From Rickettsiales bacterium (GTDB taxonomy: Bacteria; Pseudomonadota; Alphaproteobacteria; Rs-D84), in NCBI GenBank assembly GCA_031279085.1, contig JAITJD010000037.1:1-32000 (forward strand): a stretch of DNA of 32,000 bases, in the 5' to 3' direction. Positions 23,689-32,000 of this stretch are shown piece by piece. The notes beneath the pieces were generated by a model, which worked only from the letters and a program-made list of their open reading frames with translations, did no database searches and was not told the origin of the DNA. The first letter of the stretch is position 1; each line of letters begins with the position of its first letter. The translations under genes were made by a program, and so were the position numbers.

Positions 23689-24381
23689 CTAGTTCAATAA
23701 AAACATATTTCTGGCGGAATAGACCATATCACCGGATACCAGCAGATGGTCGAACAGTTCGATATCTACGTTTTTCAAAAGCTTTTTCACATCCAATGTT
23801 ATTCTTATGTCTTCTGATGAAAAAGACGCAGCGCCCCCTAGATGGTTATGCAGCATCACCGCAAAGCATGAATTTAGGTTCAGCGCGCGCTTTAGTATTT
23901 CCCTGGGATACACCGCCGCCCAATTTATCGTGCCAGAGCTGTGCAGATCATCCGACAGCAGCCGGTAATCCGAATCCAGAAACAAAACATGAAGCTCTTC
24001 GACCTTCTTGCCGGACAATAATAATTTGCAATAGTCGGCCAGCTTTTGATAATCATGGAACACGGGCGAATTGTTCAGATAATTTTTGTAATCAAGCAGC
24101 ATTATTTCATAGATTGCCTTGATGAAAATCGCGGTGCTTTTTCCAATCCCGGGAAGTTTTACAAGCTCTTTTGACGGCGCGGTTATGACTTTGTGCACCC
24201 CGCCGAATGTCATCAGCAAATTTTTTGCAATCGGGCTCGCGTCCTGTCTTGGAATCGCGTAAGTCAGCAATAATTCCAAAATCTCGTAATCTACGCACTT
24301 GTGTTCCAGGAATTTTTCACGCAGTATCTCCCTATGCCCAAGGCAGTAATATGAATCTCCTGAATTCAATTTAAACCTCAT
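23689..24381 (-). CDS. radC: RadC-family JAMM-domain protein (230 aa from ATG 24381; ORF-track start 24459 adds a 26-aa hydrophobic extension)
   Basis: LGHREILREKFLEHKCVDYEILELLLTYAIPRQDASPIAKNLL, HhH LPGIGKSTAIFIKAI, and a JAMM-like MLHNHLGGAASFSSEDI (usual form HNHPSGxxxPSxxD). An extended -10, TGCTATAAT (24403-24395), lies inside the longer ORF version. Confidence 0.75.
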   Translation of the reverse strand: MRFKLNSGDSYYCLGHREILREKFLEHKCVDYEILELLLTYAIPRQDASPIAKNLLMTFGGVHKVITAPSKELVKLPGIGKSTAIFIKAIYEIMLLDYKNYLNNSPVFHDYQKLADYCKLLLSGKKVEELHVLFLDSDYRLLSDDLHSSGTINWAAVYPREILKRALNLNSCFAVMLHNHLGGAASFSSEDIRITLDVKKLLKNVDIELFDHLLVSGDMVYSARNMFLLN

Positions 24382-24531
24382 ATTTAAGATAGTTATTATA
24401 GCAAAAATAATTCCGGTTTGAAATATAATAAAACAGACGGGCATAAATTTAAATAACAAGAGTCAGAATAACGGCCGTCTGTTCGGATTTTATTTTATAC
24501 CTTTTTTTAGCTTTCGTGTCATAATCGGATT

Positions 24532-25011
24532 ATGAAACGGATAATCGGGATTGACCCCGGGCTTTTGCATACGGGCTGGGCGGTGATTGAAACTGCCGCC
24601 GCCGCGCGCCGCTGCGCGGCATCCGGCGTCATATTGCCGCCAGTTAAGGCGCCGCTGTCCGACAGGCTGTTTTGCATTTTTGACAAGCTGGGGAAAATAA
24701 TCGACGAATTCGGGCCTGACGAATGCTCGTTGGAAATAACTTTTTCTAACAAGAATCCGAAAACAACCCTGCTGCTGGGACATGCCCGCAGCGCGGCCAT
24801 GGTCGCCGTCGCGGCGCGCGGAATTCCGATATATGAATACGAGCCGAACAAAATCAAAAAAGCCATCGCCGCCGCCGGCCACGCGGACAAAGAGCAAATT
24901 TATAAAATGCTGAAAATGCTGCTGCCAGACGCGCGTCCGCAAACCGAAGATGAAAGCGACGCGATCGCCATTGCGCTGGCGCATTCGAATATGAGCAGAT
25001 TCTTAATTTGA
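24532..25011 (+). CDS. ruvC: crossover junction endodeoxyribonuclease RuvC
   Basis: MKRIIGIDPGLLHTGWAVIE .. ECSLEITFSNKNPKTTLLLGHARSAAM .. EYEPNKIKKAIAAAGHADKEQI .. DESDAIAIAL. Confidence 0.9.
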   Translation: MKRIIGIDPGLLHTGWAVIETAAAARRCAASGVILPPVKAPLSDRLFCIFDKLGKIIDEFGPDECSLEITFSNKNPKTTLLLGHARSAAMVAVAARGIPIYEYEPNKIKKAIAAAGHADKEQIYKMLKMLLPDARPQTEDESDAIAIALAHSNMSRFLI

Positions 25012-25042
25012 CGGCGATGGTTTTTGAATCGCGATTCAAAAA

Positions 25043-25378
25043 TTATTTTCTTATCATCACTTTCCCGACCGCTTCATATCCGAAATACTTGTTTATCCGT
25101 CTTGCGATTTCGTCTTTCTGATAAGACAATTGCAGCGCGAACGCCGGATTTGCAGCCCGCACGGCGATGTTGAATTTTCTGTCTTTTGTTTTGCTTATTC
25201 CGGCAAGCTTTGCGACGGACGCGATGTCATCGCCCATGATTTCTGCCCAACGGTCGGACAAGTCCGCATCGGATGCGCGGCGTCCGAAAATTTTCATCAG
25301 TCCTCCGAAGGCGGATGCCAAAGTCTGGGGACGCGTGGTTCGTTTTCCAAGATCGGGCTTTTTATCCATAATAGCCAT
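25043..25378 (-). CDS. DUF721 (DciA-like) domain protein
   Basis: LSDRWAEIMGDDIASVAKLAGI..KFNIAVRAANPAFALQLSYQKDEIARRINKYFGYEAVGKVMI fits the DUF721 pattern (W..ivG..la .. L.v.v.s..wa.eL). It starts 3 nt downstream of mltA. Confidence 0.6.
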   Translation of the reverse strand: MAIMDKKPDLGKRTTRPQTLASAFGGLMKIFGRRASDADLSDRWAEIMGDDIASVAKLAGISKTKDRKFNIAVRAANPAFALQLSYQKDEIARRINKYFGYEAVGKVMIRK

Positions 25379-25381
25379 TTG

Positions 25382-26458
25382 TCAGTTAGGTTTGACATAA
25401 ACATATTCTTTCGGCATCAGTATGTACATTTCTCCTTGGCTGTGCTGGCCGTGCGCGTATTTGTAGGCTTCGTCGCCTTTGCCGAAAAATATATCGGCGC
25501 GCACCCAGCCGCGAATGGCGCTGCCGGTGTCTTGGGCGATCATCAGCCTTCTGAATGCCCGCCCGTCGGACAATGTGGTGTCGACATACACCGGCAATCC
25601 CAATGTATACAGCGAATCGTCCATGGCGATGCTGCGGATTTTCGACAGGGGCGTCCCCAGCTTTCCGATGACATCGGGCGGCACCGATACATAGAAATAA
25701 ACATACCTGGGATTATTATAAATCACCTCCCTGGCCAGCGACGGATTTTTCTTCAAGTGCGTCCATACGGCGTCTGCGGAATATCCGCCTGCGGGCCGCA
25801 CGCCTTTTTCTTTCAGCTGTTCCCCGATGGATTTGAACGGCATGTCGTTGACGCCCGCAAAATTGAGCTTCACAAAGGTTCCGTCTTCCAGTTGCAGCAT
25901 TCCGCTTCCCTGTATCTGGATGTTTTGAACATCCACGATGTTCGCCCAATACAGAATCTTCCCAATCTGATTATTGACGATGGTTCTTTTTTCAACGCCC
26001 TTGTATCTGCGGCCGTCGGCCGGCAATCCCATCAGAGGTTCGTTGCAGGCCGCGGTTTTTGTCTTGCATGCCGGAATTATCGGGGAATAATATCCGGTGT
26101 ATGTACCTTTGGTTTCGGATTTGTCGCCATGAATCTTGTATGGCTGGAAGTGGGATTCAAACCAAGCGCGGACGGTGGCGGCATCGGCGGTCGATGACGG
26201 CAAAAGCCTGCATTTTTCTTCCAGCAGAGCCTTGTCGGGAACGACGCGACCGACATATTGTATCTTGGCCTTGCAGGTATTTCTGAACGCCTGCAAGGCG
26301 TATCTGGCATCATCGCTTTTCCAGCCGGGCAGCTCGGAATAAGAAACCGCGCGCAGATTTGACGGAATAGTCGATTTATCGCCCGTATGCATCGGGCTTG
26401 ACAAGTCGCAGCCGGCGACTGAAAAGCAAGCTATAAGCAGCAAATATATTTTTTTCAT
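25382..26458 (-). CDS. mltA: membrane-bound lytic murein transglycosylase A (lipoprotein)
   Basis: Lipobox IACFSVAGC|D. LPGWKSDDARYALQAFRNTCK, TGYYSPI and the 3D-domain end DTGSAIRGWVRADIFFGKGDEA. Confidence 0.85.
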   Translation of the reverse strand: MKKIYLLLIACFSVAGCDLSSPMHTGDKSTIPSNLRAVSYSELPGWKSDDARYALQAFRNTCKAKIQYVGRVVPDKALLEEKCRLLPSSTADAATVRAWFESHFQPYKIHGDKSETKGTYTGYYSPIIPACKTKTAACNEPLMGLPADGRRYKGVEKRTIVNNQIGKILYWANIVDVQNIQIQGSGMLQLEDGTFVKLNFAGVNDMPFKSIGEQLKEKGVRPAGGYSADAVWTHLKKNPSLAREVIYNNPRYVYFYVSVPPDVIGKLGTPLSKIRSIAMDDSLYTLGLPVYVDTTLSDGRAFRRLMIAQDTGSAIRGWVRADIFFGKGDEAYKYAHGQHSQGEMYILMPKEYVYVKPN

Positions 26459-26525
26459 GACTTGAATTTTCTCCCATTGATGCTATATTATCATAAAATG
26501 GCGCGCAAAAAAAGGAGCAAGAATA

Positions 26526-26954
26526 ATGCCAAAATTTAATATCATATCCCAATTTCTGAAAGATATCTCGTTTGAAAGCCCGAATGTACCAGAATTGTTC
26601 TTTAAGCAGGAAAATGGAAACGCAAAGCTGGAAGTCAATATAGATGTGCAAATCAAGGGCGCGGAAAACAATTTATTCATGGTTGACTTGATAACGAAAG
26701 TACATTCCAAATTAGATGCGGACGGAAAAAGCATTTTCTTGATTGAATCAACTTATTCCGGCTTGGTGCAGATGGAGGAGGAAAAGGACGAGGAAATAAA
26801 AAAGCGCATCCTGCTGGTAAATATACCAGCGCTGCTGTTCCCAACCGTGCGCGGTCTGATAACAAGGCTGACATCGGAATCGGGATTCCCGACTTTCACG
26901 ATGCAGCAGATTGACTTTGCAGAGCGGTATGAGCAAGAAAACAATAAGCAATAA
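26526..26954 (+). CDS. secB: protein-export chaperone SecB
   Basis: PKFNIISQFLKDISFESPNVPELFF .. YSGLVQM .. LLVNIPALLFPTVRGLITRLTSESGFPTFTMQQIDF. Confidence 0.9.
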   Translation: MPKFNIISQFLKDISFESPNVPELFFKQENGNAKLEVNIDVQIKGAENNLFMVDLITKVHSKLDADGKSIFLIESTYSGLVQMEEEKDEEIKKRILLVNIPALLFPTVRGLITRLTSESGFPTFTMQQIDFAERYEQENNKQ

Positions 26955-26975
26955 AATAAAAGCAATTATGAAAAA

Positions 26976-27008
26976 GCCCCGCAATATTGATTCGCGGGGC
27001 GTTTTTCT
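26976..27008 (+). terminator. intrinsic terminator after secB
   Basis: GCCCCGC (26976-26982) / GCGGGGC (26994-27000), 11-nt loop, followed by GTTTTTCTT. Confidence 0.7.
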
Positions 27009-27030
27009 TGTGAATAAATTTGTTCTTTTA

Positions 27031-27039
27031 TGCTAAAAT
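27031..27039 (+). promoter_or_regulatory. extended -10 promoter element TGCTAAAAT upstream of the MFS gene
   Basis: Read directly at 27031-27039, 26 nt upstream of ATG 27065, which is itself preceded by AAGGA (27052-27056). Confidence 0.35.
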
Positions 27040-27064
27040 TATCAGCGTCAAAAGGAAAAAGATT

Positions 27065-28252
27065 ATGATAAGAGACAAATATGTTTCGATGAAAAAATTT
27101 GTGAGCGGTTTTTCTTTCGCTAATTTAGGATTATTCACCGGATTTGGAAACGGAATTTACAATGCCGTTTATTCGCTGGTTTTGCTCGAGATATTCGCAA
27201 ATTCCGCCAGCGTCGGCCTGTATGTCGCAATTTATTCGGCTTTCTGCATGTTCGTCGCGTCCTTTGCCAGCGAGATTTTCAGATATTTCTCTAAAGCAAA
27301 AATCTTTTATTTCAGCATGCTGACGATAATGCTGTTTTATTTCATGATGGGTTTTTCCATAAAAGCCGGAACTTTTATAGCGCTGGATTATGCGACAGGC
27401 GTCGCGCTGGTGCTGGTTTCGGTTCTTATTCCTTTATTTATGGCCGATTTCTCCAAGAATATCGGAATGGCGAAACTGAACGCGCGGTATCATTTGTGGC
27501 TGAATATCGGCGCGCTGTTCGCGCCTATGATAGCTATGCTGATAGCGGGCAATTTCGGAAACAGAGCGGCATTTTTTGCATCGGCCGTCATTTACGGGCT
27601 GGGCTGGATGTTTTTCAAATATTTCAAGATAGTTCAAGAAGATAAAAAAACGAGAAGGATAAGCCCCAGGCGCACATTGAAATCTTTCTTGAAAAACACA
27701 TTGTCTTTTTTCCGGCGCGCCGGCATGATTCGCGCATACGCGGTGAATTTTGGCTATTATTCCTTGCAGGCGATGCGGTATTTGTACGTGCCGATAATGG
27801 TTATAGAGCAAGGTTTCAGCAAGGATACATTAGGGCTGGTTTTGACATTGGGAATAATTCCGTATCTTATTCTTTCCGAACCCATGGGGCGGTTGGCGCG
27901 CCGGTATGGCAGCAAGCTGTGGCTGGCCGCCGGATTTTTGTCTTTCTCATTTTTTTCTTTATGGGCGACTTTCGCGACCGGCTGGACTTTGCTGGCTATA
28001 TTCGTGCTTTGGCAGATATCGGGCGCGCTGATGGAATCGGTTCATGACCTGCTGTTCTTTGACACTGTAAAAAAGGACGAGCAGGCAAAGTATTACGGCG
28101 TTTTCAGAACCAGCGGCAATCTGCCAAGCTTCATAGCGCCTCTGGCCGGCGCGGCGTTTATCATGCTGTTGGGGGGAACATACGCCGTTTGGTTTGTGAC
28201 GGGCGCGGTGGGAATAATTTCGACCATTGTGCTGTTTTTAAAACCAAAATAA
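27065..28252 (+). CDS. major facilitator superfamily transporter (about 12 TM)
   Basis: Repeated hydrophobic segments throughout. An MFS-like loop, EPMGRLARRYGSK, lies between TM helices. The ORF-track start 27020 is a TTG overlapping the promoter, so ATG 27065 is preferred. Confidence 0.7.
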   Translation: MIRDKYVSMKKFVSGFSFANLGLFTGFGNGIYNAVYSLVLLEIFANSASVGLYVAIYSAFCMFVASFASEIFRYFSKAKIFYFSMLTIMLFYFMMGFSIKAGTFIALDYATGVALVLVSVLIPLFMADFSKNIGMAKLNARYHLWLNIGALFAPMIAMLIAGNFGNRAAFFASAVIYGLGWMFFKYFKIVQEDKKTRRISPRRTLKSFLKNTLSFFRRAGMIRAYAVNFGYYSLQAMRYLYVPIMVIEQGFSKDTLGLVLTLGIIPYLILSEPMGRLARRYGSKLWLAAGFLSFSFFSLWATFATGWTLLAIFVLWQISGALMESVHDLLFFDTVKKDEQAKYYGVFRTSGNLPSFIAPLAGAAFIMLLGGTYAVWFVTGAVGIISTIVLFLKPK

Positions 28253-28284
28253 AAACTTCGTTTTTTTTCAACCCGATATTTTTA

Positions 28285-28313
28285 TTGATTAAGGCCGCTT
28301 TTGCGTGTATGAT
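28285..28313 (+). promoter_or_regulatory. sigma70-type promoter candidate for recA
   Basis: TTGATT (28285-28290), 17-nt spacer, TATGAT (28308-28313), 27 nt upstream of ATG 28340. Confidence 0.5.
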
Positions 28314-28339
28314 TCCAATATTAAAAAAAGGGGAAATTA

Positions 28340-29425
28340 ATGGTAAAAAAAGAAGCCGCAAAAGCCGCGCCGGCAGCGGCGAAAAATCCCGCGCTGGAAT
28401 CCGCGCTGGCACAAATACAAAAGCAATTCGGTCGCGACGCCATCATGAAAATGGGCGACGGCAGCCAGCAGAACATAGACGCTATTTCCTCGGGTTCGCT
28501 GGGGCTGGATATCGCATTGGGAATCGGCGGGTATCCGCGCGGCCGCATAGTTGAGATATATGGGCCCGAAAGCAGCGGAAAAACCACATTGGCTCTGCAC
28601 GCGGTGGCCGAGGCGCAGAAGAAAGGCGGCACATGCGCCTATATTGACGCGGAAAACGCGCTGGACCCCAGCTATGCCAAAAAACTTGGCGTTGATGTTT
28701 CCAATTTGATTATCTCGCAGCCGGATTCGGGCGAACAAGCATTGGAGATAGCTGATACTCTGATTAAATCCGGCGCGGTTGATGTCGTCGTGGTTGATTC
28801 TGTCGCGGCATTGGTTCCAAAGGCCGAACTGGAAGGAAATATAGGCGACACATTCATGGGCACGACCGCGCGCCTGATGTCGCAGTCTCTTAAAAAGCTG
28901 TCGGGCAGCGTTTCGCGCAGCAACACGCTTTTGGTATTTATAAATCAAATCCGCATGAAAATCGGCGTCATGTTCGGCAGTCCGGAAACGACAAGCGGCG
29001 GCAATGCGCTGAAATTCTACGCGTCTGTGCGCCTTGATATCCGCCGAATTGGGCAGATAAAAGACAAAGAGACGGTTGTTGGAAACGAAACGCGCGTCAA
29101 GGTTGTGAAAAATAAGGTCGCACCGCCCTTTCGCGTCGTTGATTTTAAAATAATGTATGGCGAGGGGATTTCCCGCGTTTCTGAAATACTTGACATGGGC
29201 GTCAAGTACGACATCATCGAAAAAGCCGGCAGCTTTTATTCGTATAATAACGAGCGCATAGGCCAGGGCGAGGCAAACGCGCGCCAATGGCTGCGCGACC
29301 GTCCGGATATCCAGACCGAATTGTTGGAGAAAATCATGGCGAAATCTTCCGGTATTGCAGAAGAAATGACAACAGGACCTGCGTCAGATGAAGGTGGAGG
29401 CAATGAGTCGCCAGCCGAAGAATAA
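28340..29425 (+). CDS. recA: recombinase RecA
   Basis: [80 protein letters not shown]. Confidence 0.95.
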   Translation: MVKKEAAKAAPAAAKNPALESALAQIQKQFGRDAIMKMGDGSQQNIDAISSGSLGLDIALGIGGYPRGRIVEIYGPESSGKTTLALHAVAEAQKKGGTCAYIDAENALDPSYAKKLGVDVSNLIISQPDSGEQALEIADTLIKSGAVDVVVVDSVAALVPKAELEGNIGDTFMGTTARLMSQSLKKLSGSVSRSNTLLVFINQIRMKIGVMFGSPETTSGGNALKFYASVRLDIRRIGQIKDKETVVGNETRVKVVKNKVAPPFRVVDFKIMYGEGISRVSEILDMGVKYDIIEKAGSFYSYNNERIGQGEANARQWLRDRPDIQTELLEKIMAKSSGIAEEMTTGPASDEGGGNESPAEE

Positions 29426-29435
29426 GGAGGCTTAA

Positions 29436-30332
29436 ATGAACCTGTCCAGATTTTTTGCGACGGCTGAAGTTGTGCTGTCGGGCCATGTGTTCAATTGGTT
29501 TTGGCGCGGCCGCCTGCGCCGCCGGGCCGTGCGCAGCGATGTGATTTCCCGGGTCATACCGAAATATTTCAAGCGGTATCTGCCGGCTGTCGCGGCCGTG
29601 CCGTTGACCGAGCCTGTCAATGACGACGAGAATGAAAAAATTTACACAATATGGCTGCAAGGAGAAGAAAAAGCCCCGCCGCTTGTAAAAGCATGCATTC
29701 GCAGCGTCCGCCGAAACTGCAAGCAGGAATTGGTCGTGCTGGACGAAAAGACTTTGTTTGAACATATCGATTTGCCGGCCCTGATCATGGACAAGCGCAA
29801 AAGAGGCCTGATTGCAAACGCGCATTTCGCAGACATCGCGCGCGTTGAATTGCTGCATAATTTCGGCGGATTCTGGCTGGACGCCACAGGGTTTGCGACA
29901 AGCCCGATTCCAGATTGGATAACAGAGCAAGATTTTTTCGTATACATGGCCGGACAAAAGGTCGGCAGCCCGTACAGCTTTATGCAGAATTGTTTTATCC
30001 GCTCGCGCCGCGGCGCTTATTTGTTAGATGCTTGGCGCGCCATGATTCTTGATTACTGGATGCATGAGAACGGCAGCTTTGATTATTTCATGCACCAGCT
30101 GATGTTCAAGACATTGGTGCAGAACGACCCGCGCGCAATGAAATGCTTTGAGCGAATGCCGCATGTCGATCAAGACCCGACGCACGCGCTGTGGTGGTCT
30201 TATGCGGACAAGCCTTTTGACAAGGAATTGTTTGATAAAATAACATCTGGCGCTTTCTTCCAAAAAACCACATATCGCGGCGCGAATAATCCAAAGCCGG
30301 GTTCTTTCGCCGATGTCATGATTAATACCTAA
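29436..30332 (+). CDS. capsular-polysaccharide-synthesis-type glycosyltransferase (Caps_synth/GT32-like)
   Basis: IYTIWLQGEEKAPPLVKACIRSV .. AHFADIARVELLHNFGGFWLDATGF matches the fW.qG..aP / aHfSDilR..LL..yGG.WlDaT pattern of that family. Confidence 0.65.
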   Translation: MNLSRFFATAEVVLSGHVFNWFWRGRLRRRAVRSDVISRVIPKYFKRYLPAVAAVPLTEPVNDDENEKIYTIWLQGEEKAPPLVKACIRSVRRNCKQELVVLDEKTLFEHIDLPALIMDKRKRGLIANAHFADIARVELLHNFGGFWLDATGFATSPIPDWITEQDFFVYMAGQKVGSPYSFMQNCFIRSRRGAYLLDAWRAMILDYWMHENGSFDYFMHQLMFKTLVQNDPRAMKCFERMPHVDQDPTHALWWSYADKPFDKELFDKITSGAFFQKTTYRGANNPKPGSFADVMINT

Positions 30333-30347
30333 AAAGGAGTTCAGATA

Positions 30348-31364
30348 ATGCCGATCATTTCAGTCATAATTCCAGTGTATAATGTCGAGAAATATTTGCG
30401 CCGCTGCCTGGACAGTGTCTTGGCTCAAACTTTTCAAGACTGGCAGGCGATTTGCATAAACGACGGCAGTCCGGATAATTCCGGCGCCATTCTGGAAGAA
30501 TATGCCGCGCGCGACCCCAGATTCAAGATAATCACAAAAGAAAACACCGGCCTGTCCGACACGCGCAATATCGGAATGAAGCACGCGTCCGGCGAATATG
30601 TGATGTATCTGGATTCAGATGACCTTATTCATCCCCAGACAATGGGAATAGCGCTTTCGCTGGCAAAGCGCGACAATTCCGACATAGTCTCATGGTACAA
30701 GGATGGAATGTTCCGGCCGCAGCTGCTGGTACGGCACAGGTTGGGGCTGGACATTGATTCCGCAATGCCGCGCGGAATAAAGAAAAAATACAAGCTGGAA
30801 AAAATAAAATCTTTTCTGACCGACAATGTGTTTGCTCATGCGACCGAGCGTTCGCATACCAGAATAAAATGGCCGATAAGGCATAATTATGTATGGTGTC
30901 ATCTTTTGCGGCGAGAATTAATCAAGGATGTTGATTTTATAAAGGGCATTATTTTTGAAGATTTTCCGTGGTGGTCGGCCGTGTTGCTGCGCCGCCCGAA
31001 AGTGACGATCACAAACCTGCCGTTTTATTATTATTTTCCGAATTTTAATTCGGTAACTTTGAAAAATAAAGAATCACAGAAAATGCGCAATTGGCTGATC
31101 GGCCTGGAATACTCATACAAGCTTTATAAAGATCAGGCTAGCGATTACGAAATGAATACTTGGAATCGCGAGTTTATGTGGCCGGTTATAATTTATCAGG
31201 TAGTTCGCAGATTGAAATATGTCGACGATGAAAAAGACCTGGCCGAAATTCGCGCCGAGCTTTCCAAATTTGACAAGCTTGGAATGTTCGATAATCCGCC
31301 TAACTTTTGCGCGCGCAGATATCGCCGCAAGATACGCAAATTTATCAAACCTCAAGACTCTTGA
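30348..31364 (+). CDS. glycosyltransferase family 2
   Basis: ISVIIPVYNVEKYLRRCLDSVLAQTFQDWQAICINDGSPDNSGAILEEY .. YVMYLDSDDLIHP. Confidence 0.85.
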   Translation: MPIISVIIPVYNVEKYLRRCLDSVLAQTFQDWQAICINDGSPDNSGAILEEYAARDPRFKIITKENTGLSDTRNIGMKHASGEYVMYLDSDDLIHPQTMGIALSLAKRDNSDIVSWYKDGMFRPQLLVRHRLGLDIDSAMPRGIKKKYKLEKIKSFLTDNVFAHATERSHTRIKWPIRHNYVWCHLLRRELIKDVDFIKGIIFEDFPWWSAVLLRRPKVTITNLPFYYYFPNFNSVTLKNKESQKMRNWLIGLEYSYKLYKDQASDYEMNTWNREFMWPVIIYQVVRRLKYVDDEKDLAEIRAELSKFDKLGMFDNPPNFCARRYRRKIRKFIKPQDS

Positions 31365-32000
31365 ATCTGTCGGGAATTTTCGCCACCAGCTTCAATCCCA
31401 GCTGCGCGGGCTTGTTCCATGCGTATAAAGGGCGTATAAAGGTCTGCAAGAATCGCGCCAGCCGCATGTTTGATTCTTTTCGATTCCGCCGTTTGGTTAT
31501 GACGCCGATCGTCCGCGCAATCTGGCGCTGCAAGTGTTTCTTCCATGTCTTGCCGCGTCCGGCGGCTTTGTTTCGAATCATATTATAGTCCGCCGTTCCG
31601 AAATGCAGCAGGTACAGATTCGGATCAATATGAAAATTATGTCCCTTCACCTTGTGAAATCCGCTGCCCCAGCGCAGCGGTTTTGCCAGAACTACCGGCT
31701 TGGTGTATCGCGTCGACAGCAGCGCGAACGACCGCTGGTCCAGGAATGGCTTCGCCGGATCTAATTCAGCTTCTAAATTCAAGTCTTGCCCCACATCCAG
31801 CCCCAGGCCCGATACGGTCGTTTTAATGTTCAGGCCGGACAGATATTCACGCAGGCCCGCGCCCATTTTCGGGTCAGCAACCAGAAATTCGTCCGCGTCG
31901 CATCCGATCACGATATCATAGCCTTTGGCGAACAAGTCGCGCGCCAAATTCGACATCAGGGATATTCTGTGCTTGTCGCCCGCGGCGCGGGATAGCTCGC
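31345..32000 (-). CDS. glycosyltransferase-like protein, 5'-truncated by the window edge
   Basis: The frame stays open from 31957 to base 32000 (..ELSRAAGDKHRISLM..). It has a DxD-type motif, VIGCDADEFLV. Its 3' end overlaps the convergent GT2 gene by 20 nt. Confidence 0.5.
   Translation of the reverse strand, partial: ELSRAAGDKHRISLMSNLARDLFAKGYDIVIGCDADEFLVADPKMGAGLREYLSGLNIKTTVSGLGLDVGQDLNLEAELDPAKPFLDQRSFALLSTRYTKPVVLAKPLRWGSGFHKVKGHNFHIDPNLYLLHFGTADYNMIRNKAAGRGKTWKKHLQRQIARTIGVITKRRNRKESNMRLARFLQTFIRPLYAWNKPAQLGLKLVAKIPDRFKSLEV

Noticed and set aside
25130-26197. 355-aa ORF on the plus strand, and similar long ORFs at 5191-6156 (-), 28337-29287 (-), 12008-12874 (-), 21154-21843 (+) and 16414-17019 (+)
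   Set aside because: Each lies entirely antisense to a gene with unmistakable family motifs (mltA, lolC, recA, addB/engB, ruvA/mnmE, xth). Their translations are Arg/Gly/His-rich low-complexity strings typical of shadow ORFs on the opposite strand of real genes.
28253-28339. Search for an SOS/LexA box upstream of recA, and also upstream of ruvA and ruvC
   Set aside because: I found neither GTTC-N7-GTTC/GAAC-N7-GAAC nor CTGT-N8-ACAG. The nearest look-alike (cTTCGtttttttTCAAc) does not fit, so I make no operator call.
1-32000. Mobile elements, CRISPR arrays, rRNA, prophage or toxin-antitoxin/defence modules
   Set aside because: I saw no transposase, integrase or recombinase motifs, no regularly spaced direct repeats, no long terminal inverted repeats and no duplicated tRNA 3' end that would mark an integration site. 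The only repeats are the short heptamer arrays in addB and the local hairpins listed above.

Overview
This 32-kb chromosomal window holds about 30 protein genes and 2 tRNAs. It comes from a Gram-negative bacterium, most likely an alphaproteobacterium-like lineage. That lineage call is an inference from SecB, LolC/LolD, MltA, a divergent lpoA-like/rsmI pair and an AddB of the alphaproteobacterial type.

Most of the content is housekeeping:
- cell division: ftsQ and ftsA
- lipoprotein sorting: lolC and lolD
- tRNA-Gly and tRNA-Tyr
- translation and DNA repair: rsmI, engB, addB, xth, mnmE, ruvA, yebC, radC, ruvC, recA
- envelope and export: mltA and secB
- several glycosyltransferases

I saw no transposase, integrase, CRISPR array or rRNA.

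The parts not explained by ordinary annotation are:
1. A sigma70 promoter and a ~170-nt multi-hairpin leader with a duplicated AAACTCCTG element that can hide or free the Shine-Dalgarno. It sits upstream of two translationally coupled paralogous small secreted/membrane proteins (19.0-20.1 kb).
2. A ~210-nt GC-rich leader with a mutually exclusive anti-antiterminator/antiterminator/terminator arrangement. It sits directly upstream of a secreted protein with 21 cysteines and eukaryote-like CxxC/ephrin-receptor-like spacing. The whole unit lies between yebC and ruvC (22.8-24.5 kb).
3. A secretin-like lipoprotein and two unknown proteins co-oriented with lolC-lolD.
4. An in-frame FtsA-Rpe fusion ORF with no ftsZ downstream.
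5. Two independent perfect 7-bp x3 tandem repeats inside an orphan addB.
6. ruvA translationally coupled to mnmE instead of ruvB.

All functional calls rest on motif recognition by eye. No database search was run.
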